64,000 nt of DNA from the NCBI GenBank assembly GCA_030390025.1, contig CM059433.1, positions 29,824,001-29,888,000 of the forward strand, given 5' to 3'. Numbering within the stretch: position 1 is the stretch's first letter; every line of letters starts with the position of its first letter. The position numbers and the translations under genes are program-made. This DNA is from Squalus acanthias (lineage: Eukaryota). This document shows positions 11,380 through 25,600 of this stretch, piece after piece. Below the pieces are notes generated by a model, which made no database searches, was not told where the DNA came from, and saw nothing but the letters and a program-made list of their open reading frames with translations.

Positions 11380-11612
11380 AACAAAAACAACTTGCATTTA
11401 TATAGTGCCTTTAACGTAGTAAAATGTCCCAAGGTGTGATTATCAAACAAAACGTCCCACAGGAGTGATTATCAAACAAAATTTGACACTAAGCCACACA
11501 AGGAGATATTAGAACGGGTGAAAGAGGTGGGTTTTAAGGAGCGTCTTAAAGGGGAAGGGAGAGGTAGAGAGACGGTGAGGTTTAGGGAGGGATTTCCAGA
11601 GCTTAGGGCTCA
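11380..11612 (-). mobile_element. L2 3' end
   Basis: aacaacttgcatttatatagtgcctttaacgtagtaaaa...tttagggagggatttccagagcttagg. Confidence 0.75.
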
Positions 11613-12038
11613 GGGTCAAATAGGACACCACGATTGCGAACAGTCTGGTTTTAAATCAACATATTGTGATTTGCAATACTACAGGCAACAGCGTCTTTTT
11701 TTTAAGGAGATTTTTTATTTATGTACATGTATTCCTTTATAATTCCCAATCTCAGCATGAAAATTCTTCTTGTTGGCCTATATTATGTCAAGCGCTCTCA
11801 TCTCACACTGCTCAAAGGCTGCGTTCTGACACTGACCACTTCTGTGGGCCCACCGTAACAAATTCTATTCATTCTGAGGCTCACTATGAAATATACATGA
11901 GCTTTGGATCTATAATTTCAGCTTCGATGTAAGATAAGTAAAAGTGGCAAAATTAAAAGCCTCGCGGTGACACTTCTTGCGTGTTATTAAGATTGGGGAC
12001 ACAGTAGTTGCAGTTTCACAGGAGCAAAGCAAGTCGAT

Positions 12039-12057
12039 TACTGACATCTAGTGGCCA
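12039..12057 (-). promoter_or_regulatory. Candidate CTCF binding site
   Basis: Minus strand TGGCCACTAGATGTCAGTA vs consensus TGGCCAC(C/T)AG(G/A)(G/T)GGC(G/A)(C/G)TA, one core mismatch, in non-repetitive DNA. Confidence 0.55.
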
Positions 12058-12272
12058 AACATTTGACAAGTGATGAATGAAGCAACTTTATTTTGAGATT
12101 CATCAGAGGATATTCTGGCCAGGGTTTTAGAAGGCGAGCATCCGACTAAAACATTTTCAACGTTTTATTTAAATGCAATTCTTTATTCATTGAAACAGTT
12201 TGTGAAACCCCATAGTATTCAATTGGTAGACTGAACAAATTAAATATACTTACATGTAGTGCTAGAGCAAAG

Positions 12273-12627
12273 TATCAGCTATGGCTCAGTGGTAACACTC
12301 TTGCCTCTGAGTCAGAACGTTGTGGGATCACATCCCACTCCAGAGATCTTGGGCACAAAATATAGGATGACACTCCAATGCAGTACTGGGGGAAAGCTGT
12401 ATTGTCTTTCGGATGAAATGTTTAAACCGAGGCCCTATCTGCCCTCTTAGGTGAAAATAAAAGATCCCATGGCACTATTTTGAACAAGAGTAAGGGAGTT
12501 CTCCCCAGTGCCCGAGTCAGTATTTATCCCTCAACCCACATCTAAAAACAGATGATCTGATCACCATCACATTGCAGTTCGCGGAATCTTGCTGTGCACA
12601 AATTGGCAGCCGCATTTCCTACATTAA
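12273..12627 (+). mobile_element. Deu-SINE, 3'-truncated
   Basis: tRNA head and Deu core. Confidence 0.8.
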
Positions 12628-12734
12628 AATATCAGAAATTCAATCGCTGAGGTCACGGTGTGCATGATTTGCCGCCCATTAAAGCCTTACTTACAATCTT
12701 TTCAAATCGGAAAAATATAAGTGACAAAAACACA

Positions 12735-13056
12735 CGTAGAGAAGATGTTCCCACTTGTGGGGGTAGTCCAGAATGAGGAGTCATAAATATAAGATAGTCA
12801 CGAATAAATCCAATAAGGAATTCAGGAGAAACCTCTTTGCCCAGAGAGTGGTAAGAATGTGGAACTCACCACCACATGGAGTGGTTGAGGTGAGGAGCAT
12901 AGATGCATTTAAGGGGAAGCTAGATAAACACATGAGGGAGAAAGGAATAGAAGGATATGTTGATGGGGTTAGCTGAAGCAGGGTGGGGGGAGGCTCATGT
13001 GGAGCTTAAACACTGGCATGGACCAGTTAGACTGAATGGCTGTCAATTCTATGTAA
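12735..13056 (+). mobile_element. CR1 3' end
   Basis: HKYKIVTNKSNKEFRRNLFAQRVVRMWNS...; same family as 1365-1770. Confidence 0.9.
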
Positions 13057-14042
13057 AACATACAATTACTTCACAACTTAAAATATCACAACACACTAGT
13101 TCATCTTTTGATTCATAGACAAAAATCCACATAATTAAAAGTCTTACGTCGAGTATCGGTAAGGGGTGGGAAAATGTATGTCAGGTTTGAAAGTGTCGCA
13201 CATGCAAAATGTCATCACACTTGCACTCTTTATGTCATTTATCATATTCAATAAAAAGCAGCAAATCACTTATAATTGAATGTGTGTCCATTTAACTAAG
13301 CACCCTGCTTGGGGAATTAAGTAAAATCCATTTTATCAGAATGGTGAGCAAACCTAATAATCCCAGTGACTCAAAGCTAAAGTAACCTGCAACAGGAAGC
13401 AATCTGATGGCTGGGTAGCACATTACCACTTCCAAATATTCTAGTCTACACCCATAGGTTAATGTCTACTGGCTTTAATGTTATCATAAAAATGCTGCAT
13501 TCAATATAAAAAGGTTATAAATTGACTTAATTCTGCACAGGCAATACTACTAATACCCAAAATGCTATAGTTCCCATTCATCAGTAACCCAAGAATATAG
13601 AACCAAAAGTAAGGTTTCTAACATAACAAACACAAAAACTTAAATAGTTCAACTAAATTATTTTTAAACTTACTCATCAAATTGTCCAGTCAGTAAGTTT
13701 TTCTCTCTCCAAGTCTGCAACCTCAGTTTCATTCCTTGCCTGGAGCTCCCCTCGTTCAGCTCAGCTTCCCCTCCTGATATTTTCCAGGCCTCTGTTCACA
13801 TGTGATCTCATTGCCCTGCATTGTTAAAAATGTTCAGTTTGTTCACCCTAGAGCCTGACCCCAAGTCCTCCGGCTTTGCTTCTGCCACTGATGGGTTCAT
13901 TCAATCGCTTCACTCCCAGTCTAGGCCTCCACCCCAAATTGCTCCACTCTCAATTTAGACACCTATGTGGAGTCCTCTGTTCCCCCAACCCGCACCACCA
14001 CCACATGCAGCCCAGATGGGGTTTCACCACATACCTTAACAA

Positions 14043-14365
14043 TGTCTTTCGGATGAGACGTTAAACCGAGGCCCCGTCTGCTCTGTCAGGTGGACATAAA
14101 AGATCCGATGGCACTATTTCAAAGAAGAGCAGGGGAGTTCTCCCCGGTGTCCTAGCCAATATTTACCCCTCAATCAACATCACTGAAACAGATTATCTGG
14201 TCATTATCACATTGCTGTTTGTGGGACCTTGCTGTGCGCAAATTGGCTGCTGCGTTTCCTACATTACAACAGGGACTACACTTCAAAAGTACCTCATTAG
14301 CTGTAAAGCACTTTGGGATGTCCGGTGGTCGTGAAAGGCGCTATATAAATGCAAGTCTTTCTTTT
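14043..14365 (+). mobile_element. Deu-SINE, 5'-truncated
   Basis: gtctttcggatgagacgttaaaccgaggcc...aggcgctatataaatgcaagtcttt. Confidence 0.85.
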
Positions 14366-14367
14366 AA

Positions 14368-14881
14368 GAACAACTTGCATTTATATAACGCCTTTAATGT
14401 AGTAAAACGTCCCAAGGCTTCTCAGGAGCATTATAAAACAAGATTTGACACCAAGCCCCATAAGGAAATATTACGACAGGTGACCAAAAGCTTGGACAAA
14501 GAGGTAGGTTTTAAGGAGCGTTTTAAAAGGAGGAGAAAGAGGTAGCGAGGCCGAGAGGTTTAGGGGGGGAATTCCAGAGCTCAGGGCTTAGGCAGTCGAT
14601 GGCACGGCTGCCAATAGTGGAGTGATGAAAATCGGGATTGCGCAAGAGGTCAGAATTGGAGGATTGCAGAGATCTTGGTGGGTTGTGGGGCTGAAGGAGG
14701 TTACAGAGATAGGGAGGGGCGAGGTCATGGAGGGATTTGAAAACATGAGGATGAGAATTTTAAAATCGAGGCGTTGCTTAACCAGGAGCCAATGTAGGTC
14801 AGCGAGCACAGGGGTGATGACTGAACGTGTCTTAGTGCAAGTTAGGATACAGGCTGCAGAGTTTTGGATGAGCTGAAGTTT
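14368..14881 (-). mobile_element. L2 LINE 3' end including ORF2 C-terminal remnant
   Basis: Minus-strand LADLHWLLVKQRLDFKILILMF is the L2 LHWLP..R..FK motif; tail-to-tail with the SINE. Confidence 0.88.
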
Positions 14882-14979
14882 CCTGTTATCGTCCTGCTCC
14901 AGACAGGTTCACACAAATCCTCCAGCTCCTAGTTCAGGTTGGTCCAGCCCTGGGCTGGCTCCCAGTTTGTGTAGGTGAG

Positions 14980-15330
14980 CAAAGCCTCTGGACCAGACTG
15001 TCGGCTCGTGCGGTGAACGTTGATCCACCAAATTCCTTCAAGCGAGAGATGGACCTGTCTCTGGATGAGATGGAGATCACCTCGTACAAGAGGTAGGTAC
15101 CTGGTAACATTAACCAGGGCCAGAGTGGTCTCCTGGACTAGCTTTGGTCATCTAAGGGGGTCGGAGAGGAAATTTCCAGATTTTTTTCCCCAAATTGGCC
15201 TGGGTTATTATCTGGGGTTTCGCCTCTCCCAGGAGATCACATGGCCTTCAGGTAGGGTGGAGAGTCGATATATTGTGATGCACAAGGCATTGCCGTTGTG
15301 TGGGACAGGCTGTCCGTCATTACTCGTATG
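14980..15330 (+). mobile_element. Diverged CR1 3' end (different subfamily)
   Basis: Plus frame LWTRLSARAVNVDPPNSFKREMDLSLDEMEITSYKR* resembles the CR1 ORF2 C-terminus, followed by UTR-like sequence. Confidence 0.55.
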
Positions 15331-15899
15331 TTCGGAAAGTCATAGGTGCTTCCTTATGACCTGTCAATGCTCTAGCCTAGGGGCATGCGCGTTACCTATC
15401 CTGTAATAAAATGATGCACTGCCTGCCTGAACAAAAGATAAAAAAATATTTTCTGAGCCCATCAGAGAGAGCTGACAGATTGAATGATGGACAGGACCAA
15501 AAGCGATTGTCAAGATTATGAAAATGTAAAGTCCCTCATTACCTTCACCTACACCCTGTGTGATTCCTCTATCACTAAAATTTGGAACTTAGCTGATATT
15601 TAACTCTTCAGCCGAGGTGTATTTGAATCAAAGAATTGGTGTCAGTGACCCCAATAGAACTTTGGCAAGCACCTTGGGAGTTGGGATGTTTTACTATGTT
15701 AAAGGCACTATACAAGTGCAAGTTATTGTTTGTTGTTTGGGGCGTGGGGATCCAGTGAACAAGGGTGGAATCCACGCAGGCCTGCCTGATACATACAGCA
15801 CGGTGATAGCGCTATTTGCGATAGCAATCAAACTTATCAGTTGATAAAATGAAGTAGATTTGTACACTTATTTATACAACACCCACAACTTACATTTAC

Positions 15900-16040
15900 A
15901 GCCCAACTGGTCCAAGCCGGTGTTTATGCTCCACACGAGCCTCCACCCACCTACTTTATCTCATCCTATCAACATATCCCTCTTGTGTTTATCTAGCTTC
16001 CCCTTAAATGCATCTGTGCTATTCTATTCACCTCAACTAC
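15900..16040 (-). mobile_element. CR1 3' UTR fragment
   Basis: tttatctagcttccccttaaatgcatct is the reverse complement of 1608-1635. Confidence 0.75.
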
Positions 16041-16607
16041 GCTTTGTGGACTTTGCGATGATAATTTATTTTTATTATTCAAAGGTGCCATTCATGGCCA
16101 ATCAAACTGCCAAAAAACAAATTTCCTCTAACAGCTTCTGGTGGCCATATTTATTTGGTGGCTTTACGAGCCATTGACTATAAATGTCAAAAATTTAAAT
16201 TTATAACGTAACAAATGCATAAAAATAGATAATGCTCACAAAAATCTTAGCCATAAACCTACCTCATAAATCCCTGTGGAAACTTTCCTCTTCACAGGCC
16301 TGTTACCATCTCCGCAGCCTGGGACGGGAGTTCTATTAGGTTCCCAGTTACTGCAGTGGGCTTTCCTGCAAATTCTTCTGGGTTTCTCAACACAGTCTAC
16401 TCGGTTACAGCCTGCGACTATTAGGAGGCGACTATTCATATGCCTAGTAGGGTTGCCAACTCTGACTGGATGTATTCCTGGAGGTTTCATCACATGATCT
16501 CATGCCTCCAACCGCCCCGCCCCCATACTCCCACCATTGGTGGCCCAACACGTCCATCCTCACAGCTCCCAACTTCCCACAACAAATGTAAAGTGAACAG
16601 AATCTTC

Positions 16608-19600
16608 GGGGGAATTTTAACCCCAAAAAACGGTGGGTCGGGTGGGAAGTAAAAATGTAAAAAATCTCAAACCTGCCCACTTCCAGTTTTAACACAGGCG
16701 AGATTGGGGCGACCAATCCGCTCATAGGAGGCGGTTTTCTCATTGAAATATTTCAATGAGGCTGCGTGCCTAAGATTTTAACTGTGTTTCAGGCTTAATG
16801 CTGGCCGGCCGAGTTTCCCGGGCCTCAGGAAACCTGACAGTTAAAGGGAGGCAAGGACTGCTGCATGGAAGAGGCAAGAGCTTTCCAACACTACTTGTGG
16901 TCCAGGAGGAGCAGGAGTGCTTCCCCCCGGCCCACCAAGCAAACTTGTTAACCTCCCCAGCTATCGAAACCCCCCACCACGGTCACCAACTCTCCCCCCA
17001 CGATCACCAACTGCCCCCTACCCTATGATTATCGACCCTTTATCTCTCTCTCCGAGCCCCTATGTCTCCCCGACCACCCACACGCCCTCCGATCTCTCAC
17101 CGAACCCCCCATCTCTCCCTCCAATCTTTCACAGAACTCCATCTCTCTCTCCGATCTCTCCCCAACCCTCTATCTCTCCCGCCGATGACTCGTCGACCCC
17201 TCCCATCTCTCTCTCCAATCTCCCTCGACCCCCCATCTCTCCCTCTGATCTCCCACCGAGAATCCCCATCTCTCCCTCCAATTTTCAATGACCCCATCCC
17301 TCTCTCCAATCTCTCCTCGACCCCCCATCTCTCCCTCCGAGCTCTCACTGAATCCCATCCCTCTCTCCGATCTCTCCCCAACCAACATCTCTCCCTCCGA
17401 TGTCTCACCGAGCCCCCCATCTCCCCCTCCAATCTTTTACTGACCCCATCCCTCTCTCCGATCTCTCCCCAACCCCATCACTCTCTCCGATCTCTCCCCA
17501 ACCCCTATCCCTCTCTCCGAAGTCTCCCCGACCACATCCCTCTGTCTGATCTCTCCCTGATCTCCATCACTCTCTCCGATCTCTCCCCCACCCCATCATT
17601 CTCTCCGATCTCTCCCCGACCCCCATCATGCTCTCCGATCTCTCCCGACTCCCATCCCGTCTACCGATCTCTCCCCGACCCCCATCAATCTTTCCGATCT
17701 CTCCCCGATGCCCATCACTCTCTCTGATCTCTCCCCGATCCCCATCACTCTCTCCGATCTCTCCCCGACCCCCATCACTCTCTCCGATCGCTCCCCAACG
17801 CCCATCACTCTCTCCGATCTCTCCCCGACACCCATCACTCTCTCCGATCTCTCCCCGACCCCCATCCCACTCTCCGATCTCTCCCCAGCCCCCATCCCTC
17901 TCTCCGATCGCTCCCCAACGCCCATCACTCTCTCCGATCTCTCCCCGACACCCATCACTCTCCGATCTCTCCCCGACCCCCATCACACTCTCCGATCTCT
18001 CCCCAGCCCCCACCACTCTCTCCGATCTGTCCCCGGCCCCCATCACTCTCTCCGATCACTCCCCGACCCCAATCACTCTCTCTGATCTCTCCCTGACCCC
18101 CATCACTCTCTCTGATTTCTCCCCGACCCCCATCCCTCTCTCCGATCTCTCCCCGACCCCGATCACTCTCTTCAATCTCTCACCGACCCCATCACTCTCT
18201 CCGATCTCTCCCCGACCCCCATCCCTCGCTCCAATCTCTCCCCGACCCCCATCACTCTCTCCAATCTCTCCCCGAACACCATCCCTCGCTCCGATCTCTC
18301 CCCGACCCCGATCACTCTCTTCAATCTCTCACCGACCCCATCACTCTCTCCGATCTCTCCCCGACCCCCATCCCTCGCTCCAATCTCTCCCCGACCCCCA
18401 TCACTCTCTCCGATCTCTCCCCGAACCCATCACTCTCTTCGATCTCTCCCCGACCCCCATCACTCTCTCCGATCTCTCCCCGACCCCTCATTACTCTCTC
18501 CAATCTCTCCCCGATGCCCATCACTCTCTCCGATCTCTCCCCGGCCCCCACCACTCTCTCCGATCTGTCCCCGACCCCATCCCTCTCTCCGATCACTCCC
18601 CGACCCCCATCACTCTCTCCGATCTCTCCCCGACCCCCATCACTCTCTCCGATCTCTCCCCGACCCCCATCACTCTCTCCGATCACTCCCCGACCCCCAT
18701 CACTCTCTCCGATCTCTCCCCGACCCCCATCACTCTCTCCGATCTCTCCCCAACCCCCATCACTCTCTCCGATCTCTCCCCACACCCCATCACTCTCTCC
18801 GATCTCTCCCCGACCCCATCACTCTCTCCGATCTCTCCCCGACCCCCATCACTCTCTCCGATATCTCCCTGAACCCCATCCCTCCCATCGATCTCTCCCC
18901 GACCCCTCATCACTCTCTCCGATCCCTCCCCGACCCCCCATCATTCTCTCCGATCTCCCCGACCCCCCATCATTCTCTCCGATCTCCCTGAACCCCCATC
19001 ACTCTCTGATCTCTCCCCGACCCCATCCCTCTCTCCGATCTCTCCTTGACCCCCATCCCTCTCTCTGATCTCTCCCCGAATCCCATCCCTCGCTCCATCT
19101 CTCCCCGACCCCCATCACTCTCTCCGATCTTTCCCCGACCCCCCATCACTCTCTCCGATCTCTCCCCCACCCCATCACTCTCTCCGATCTCTCCCCACAC
19201 CCCATCACTCTCTCCGATCTCTCCCCGACCCCCATCACTCTCTCCGATCTCTCCCCGACCCCCATCACTCTCTCCGATCTCTCCATGACCCCCATCCCTC
19301 TCTCCGATCTCTCCCCGACCCCCATCACTCTCTCCGATCTCTCCCCAACCCCCATCACTCTCTCCGATCTCTCCCCGACCCCCATCCCTCGCTCCAATCT
19401 CTCCCCGACCCCCATCACTCTCTCCAATCTCTCCCCGAACACCATCCCTCGCTCCGATCTCTCCCCGACCCCGATCACTCTCTTCAATCTCTCACCGACC
19501 CCATCACTCTCTCTGATCTCTCCCCGACCCCCATCACTCTCTCCGATCTCTCCCCGACCCCCATCACTCTCTCCGATCTCTCCATGACCCCCATCTCTCT

Positions 19601-22600
19601 CTCTGATCTCTCCCCGACCCCATCCCTCTCTCCGATCTCTCCCCGACCGGCCATCCCTCTCTCCGATCTCTCCTTGATCCCCATCCCTCTCTCTGATCTC
19701 TCCCCGAATCCCATCCCTCGCTCCATCTCTCCCCGACCCCCATCACTCTCTCCGATCTTTCCCCGACCCCCCATCACTCTCTCCGATCTCTCCCCCACCC
19801 CATCACTCTCTCCGATCTCTCCCCACACCCCATCACTCTCTCCGATCTCTCCCCGACCCCCATCACTCTCTCCGATCTCTCCCCGACCCCCATCACTCTC
19901 TCCGATCTCTCCATGACCCCCATCTCTCTCTCTGATCTCTCCCCGACCCCATCACACTCTCCGATCTCTCCCCGACCCCCATCCCTCTCTCCGATCGCTC
20001 CCCAACGCCCATCACTCTCTCCGATCTCTCCCCGACCCCCATCACACTCTCCGATCTCTCCCCAGCCCCCACCACTCTCTCCGATCTGTCCCCGGCCCCC
20101 ATCACTCTCTCCGATCTCTCCCCGACCCCCATCCCTCGCTCCAATCTCTCCCCGACCCCCATCACTCTCTCCAATCTCTCCCCGAACACCATCCCTCGCT
20201 CCGATCTCTCCCCGACCCCGATCACTCTCTTCAATCTCTCACCGACCCCATCACTCTCTCTGATCTCTCCCCGACCCCCATCACTCTCTCCGATCTCTCC
20301 CCGACCCCCATCACTCTCTCCGATCTCTCCATGACCCCCATCTCTCTCTCTGATCTCTCCCCGACCCCCATCACTCTCTCCGATCTCTCCCCGACCCCCA
20401 TCACTCTCTCCGAGCTCTCCCCGATCTCCATCACTCTCTCCGATCTCTCCATGACCCCCATCTCTCTCTCTGATCTCTCCCCGACCCCATCACACTCTCC
20501 GATCTCTCCCCGACCCCCATCACTCCCTCCGATCTCTCCCCGACCCCCCATCTCTTCCTCCAATCTTTCACTGACCCCCATCCCTCTCTCCGATCTGTCC
20601 CCGACCCCCATCCCTGTCTCCAATCTCTCCCCTACCCTCCATCTCTCCCTCCAATCTCTCATCAACATCTCCCATCTCTCTCTCCATTCTCTCCCCTAAC
20701 CCCCATCTCTTCCTCCGATGTCTCATCAATATCTCCCATCTCTCTCTCCGATCTCTCCCCGACGCCCATCTCTCTCTTCGATCTCTCCCCGACGCCCATC
20801 TTTCTCTCCGATCTCTCCCCGACACCCCATCTCTCCCTCCAATATCTCATCGACCCCTCCCATCTCCTCTCTCCGATCTCTCACCGAGCACCCCCATCTC
20901 TCGCTCCAATCTTTCACTGACCCCATCGCTCTCTCTGATCTCTCCCCGAACCCCTTCACTCTCTCCGATCTCTCCCCGACCCCATCACTCTCTCTGATCT
21001 CTCCCCCACCCCCATCACTCTCTCCGATGTCTCCCCGACCCCCATCACTCTCTCCGATCAGTCCCCGACCCACATCACTCTCTCTGATCTCTCCCCATCC
21101 CCATCACTCTCTCCGATCTCTCCCCGACCCCCATCACTCTCTCTGATCTCTCCCCATTCCCATCACTCTCTCTGATCTCTCCCCGACCCCTCATCACTCT
21201 CTCCAATCTCTCCCCGACACCCCATCTCTCTCTCCGATCAGTCCAGGACCCCCATCCCTCTCTCCGATCTCTCCCCGACCCCCATCACTCTCTCTGATCT
21301 CTGCCCGACCCCCATCACTCTCTCCGATCTCTCCCTGACTCCCATCACTCTCTCCGATCTCTCCCCGACCCCCATCCCTCTCTCCGATCTCTCCCCGACC
21401 CCCATCCCTCTCTCCGATCTCTCCCCGACCCCCATCCCTCTCTCCGATCGCTCCCCGACCCCCATCACTCTCTCCGATCTCTCCCCGACCCCCATCCCTC
21501 TCTCCGATCGCTCCCCAACGCCCATCACTCTCTCCGATCTCTCCCCGACACCCATCACTCTCTCCGATCTCTCCCCGACCCCCATCACACTCTCCGATCT
21601 CTCCCTGACCCCCATCACTCTCTCTGATTTCTCCCCGACCCCCATCCCTCTCTCCGATCTCTCCCCGACCCCGATCACTCTCTTCAATCTCTCACCGACC
21701 CCATCACTCTCTCTGATCTCTCCCCTACCCCCATCACTCTCTCCGATCTCTCCCTGACTCCCATCACTCTCTCCGATCTCTCCCCGACCCCCCATCGCGC
21801 TCTCCGATCTCTCCCTGACTCCCATCACTCTCTTCGATCTCTCCCCGACTCCCATCACTCTTTCTGATCTCTCCCCAACTCCCATCCCTGTCTCCAATCT
21901 CTCCCCTACCCTCCATCTCTCCCTCCAATCTCTCATCAACATCTCCCATCTCTCTCTCCATTCTCTCCCCTAACCCCCATCTCTTCCTCCGATGTCTCAT
22001 CAATATCTCCCATCTCTCTCTCCGATCTCTCCCCGACGCCCATCTCTCTCTTCGATCTCTCCCCGACGCCCATCTTTCTCTCCGATCTATCCCCGACCCC
22101 CATCTCTCCCTCCGATCTCTCCCCGACACCCCATCTCTCCCTCCAATATCTCATCGACCCCTCCCATCTCCTCTCTCCGATCTCTCACCGAGCACCCCCA
22201 TCTCTCGCTCCAATCTTTCACTGACCCCATCGCTCTCTCTGATCTCTCCCCGAACCCCTTCACTCTCTCCGATCTCTCCCCGACCCATATCACTCTCTCT
22301 GATCTCTCCCCCACCCCCATCACTCTCTCCGATGTCTCCCAGACCCCCATCACTCTCTCCGATATCTACCTGACCCCCATCACACTCTCCGATCTCTCCC
22401 CGACCCCCATCACTCTCTCCGATCTCTCCCCATCCCCATCACTCTCTCCGATCTCTCCCCAACCCCATCACTCTCTCCGATCTCTCCCCGACCCCCATCC
22501 CTCTCTCCGATCAGTCCCCGACCCCCATCCCTCTCTCCGATCTCTCCCCGACCCCTCATCACTCTCTCCAATCTCTCCCCGACCCCGATCCCTCTCTCCG

Positions 22601-25600
22601 ATCAGTCCCCGACCCCCATCACTCTCTCTGATCTCTCCCCATTCCCATCACTCTCTCCGATCTCTCCCCGACCCCTCATCACTCTCTCCAATCTCTCCCC
22701 GACACCCCATCTCTCTCTCCGATCAGTCCCCGACCCCCATCCCTCTCTCCGATCTCTCCCTGACTCCCATCACTCTCTCCGATCTCTCCCCGACCCCCAT
22801 CCCTCTCTCCGATCAGTCCCCGACCCCCATCCCTCTCTCCGATCTCTCCCCGACCCCTCATCACTCTCTCCAATCTCTCCCCGACCCCGATCCCTCTCTC
22901 CGATCAGACCCCGACCCCCATCCCTCTCTCCGATCTCTCCCTGACACCCATCCCTCTCTCCGATCTCTCCCTGACCCCCATCACACTCTCATATCTCTCC
23001 ACAACCCCCATCACTCTCTCCGATCTCTCCCCGACCCCCATCACTCTCTCCGATCTCTCCCCGACCCCCATCACTCTCTCTGATCTCTCCCTGACTCCCA
23101 TCACTCTCTCCGATCTCTCCCCGACCCCCCATCGCGCTCTCCGATCTCTCCCTGACTCCCATCACTCTCTCCGATCTCTCCCCGACCCCCCATCGCGCTC
23201 TCCGATCTCTCCCTGACTCCCATCACTCTCTTCGATCTCTCCCCGACTCCCATCACTCTTTCTGATCTCTCCCCAACTCCCATCTCTATCTCCTATCTCT
23301 CCCCCACCCCCATCCCTCTCTCCGATCTCTCCCCGATGCCCATCACTCTCTCCGATCTCTCCCCGACCCCCATCACTCTCTTCGATCTCTCCCTGACCCC
23401 CATCTCGTTCTCTCTGATCTCTCCCTGACCCCCATCACTCTCTCCCATCTCTCCACACCTCCCATCACTCTCTCCGATTTCTCCCAGACCCCCATCCCTC
23501 TCTCCGATCTCTCCCTGACCCCCATCACTCTCTCCGATCTCTCCCTGACCCCCATCACTCTCTCCAATCTCTTCTCGACCCCCATCACTCTCTCCGATCT
23601 CTCCCTGACCCCCATCACTCTCTCCGATCTCTCCCCGACTCCCATCTCTATCTCCTATCTCTCCCCCACCCCCATCCCTCTCTCCGATCTCTCCCCGATG
23701 CCCATCACTCTCTCCGATCTCTCCCCGACCCCCATCACTCTCTCCGATCTCTCCCCACCCCCATCACTCTCTCCGATCTCTCCCCGACCCCCATCACGCT
23801 CTCCGATCTCTCCCCGACCCCCATCACTCTCTCCGATCTCTTCCCACCTCCCATCACTCTCTCCAATCTTTCCCCACCTCCCATCACTCTCTCGGATCTC
23901 CCCCCAAACCCCATCCCTCTCTCCGATCTCTCCCCGACCCCTCATCACTCTCTCCGATCTCTCCCCGACCCCTCATCACTCTCTCCAATCTCTCCCCGAC
24001 ACCCATCACTCTCTCCGATCTTTTCCCGACCCACATCCCTCTCTCCGATCACTCCCTGACCCCCATCCCGCTCTCCGATCTCTCCCCGACCCCCATCCCT
24101 CTCTCTCTGATCTCTCAACCAACCCCATCACTCTCTCCGATCTCTCCCCCAACCCCATCACTCTCTCCGATCTCTCCCCGATCCCCATCCCTCTCTCCGA
24201 ATTCTCCCCGACCCCCATCACTCTATCCGATCTCTCCCCGACCCCATCCCTCTCTCCGATCTCTCCCCATCCCCATCACTCTCTCCGATCTCTCCCCATC
24301 CCCCATCCCTCTCTCCGATCTCTCCCCGACCCCCATCACTCTCTCCGATCAGTCCCCGACCCCCATCACTCTCTCCGATCTCTCCCCGACCCCCATCACT
24401 CTCTCGGATCTCTCCCCGACCCCCATCACTCTCTCCGATCAGTCCCCGACCCCCATCACTCTCTCCGATCTCTCCCCATCCCCATCACTCTCTCCGATCT
24501 CTCCCCAACCCCCATCCCTCTCTCCGATCTCTCCCCGACCCCTCATCACTCTCTCCAATCTCTCCCCGACCCCCTTCCCTCTCTCCGATCTCTCCCCGAC
24601 CCACATCCCTCTCTCCGAGCTCTCCCCGACACCCCATCCCTCTCTCCGATCTCTCCCCAACCACCATCACGCTCTCCGATCTCTGCCCGACCCCCCATCC
24701 CTCTCTCCGATATCTCCCCGACCCCCATCCCTCTCTCTCTGATTTCTCCCCCACTCCCATTACTCTCTCCGATCTCTCCCCCAATCCCATCACTCTCTCC
24801 AATCTGTCCCCGACCCCCATCCCTCTCTCCGATCTCTCCCCGACCCCCATCACTCTCTCCTATCTCTCCCCGACCCCCATCACTCTCTCCGATCTCTCCC
24901 CGACCCCCATCACTATCTCCGATCTCTTCCCACCTCCCATCACTCTCTCCAATCTTTCCCCACCTCCCATCACTCTCTCGGATCTCCCCCCAAACCCCAT
25001 CCCTCTCTCCGATCTCTCCCCGACAACTTATCTCTCTCTCCGATCTCTCCCCGACCCCCATCACTCTCTCCGGTATCTCCCCGACCCCCATCACACTCTC
25101 TGATCTCTCCCCAACCACCATCACACTCTCTGATCTCTCCCTGACCCCCATCACTCTCTCTGATCTCTCCCTGACCCCCATCACTCTCTCCAATCTCTCC
25201 CTGACCCCCATCACTCTCTCCAATCTCTCCCCGACACCCATCACTCTCTCCGATCTCTCCCCGACCCCCATCACTCTCTCCGATCTCTCCCCGACCCCCA
25301 TCACTCTCTCTGATCTCTCCCTGATCCCCATCACTCTCCGATCTCTCCCTGACCCCCATCACTCTCTCCGATCTCTCCCTGACCCCCATCACTCTCTCCG
25401 ATCTCTCCCTGACCCCCATCACTCTCTCCGATCTCTCCCCGACCCCCATCACTCTTTCTGATCTCTCCCCGACTCCCATCTCTATCTCCTATCTCTCCCC
25501 CACCCCATCCCATCTCCGATCTCTCCCCGATGCCCATTACTCTCTCCGATCTCTCCCCGACCCCGATCGCTCTCTCCGATCTTTTCCCGACCCCCATCCC

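Noticed and set aside
14930..15100. Minus-strand C-type-lectin-like peptide (GIWWINV...LLTYTNWEP)
   Set aside because: In-frame stop follows immediately, and the plus strand is better explained as a CR1 ORF2 C-terminus
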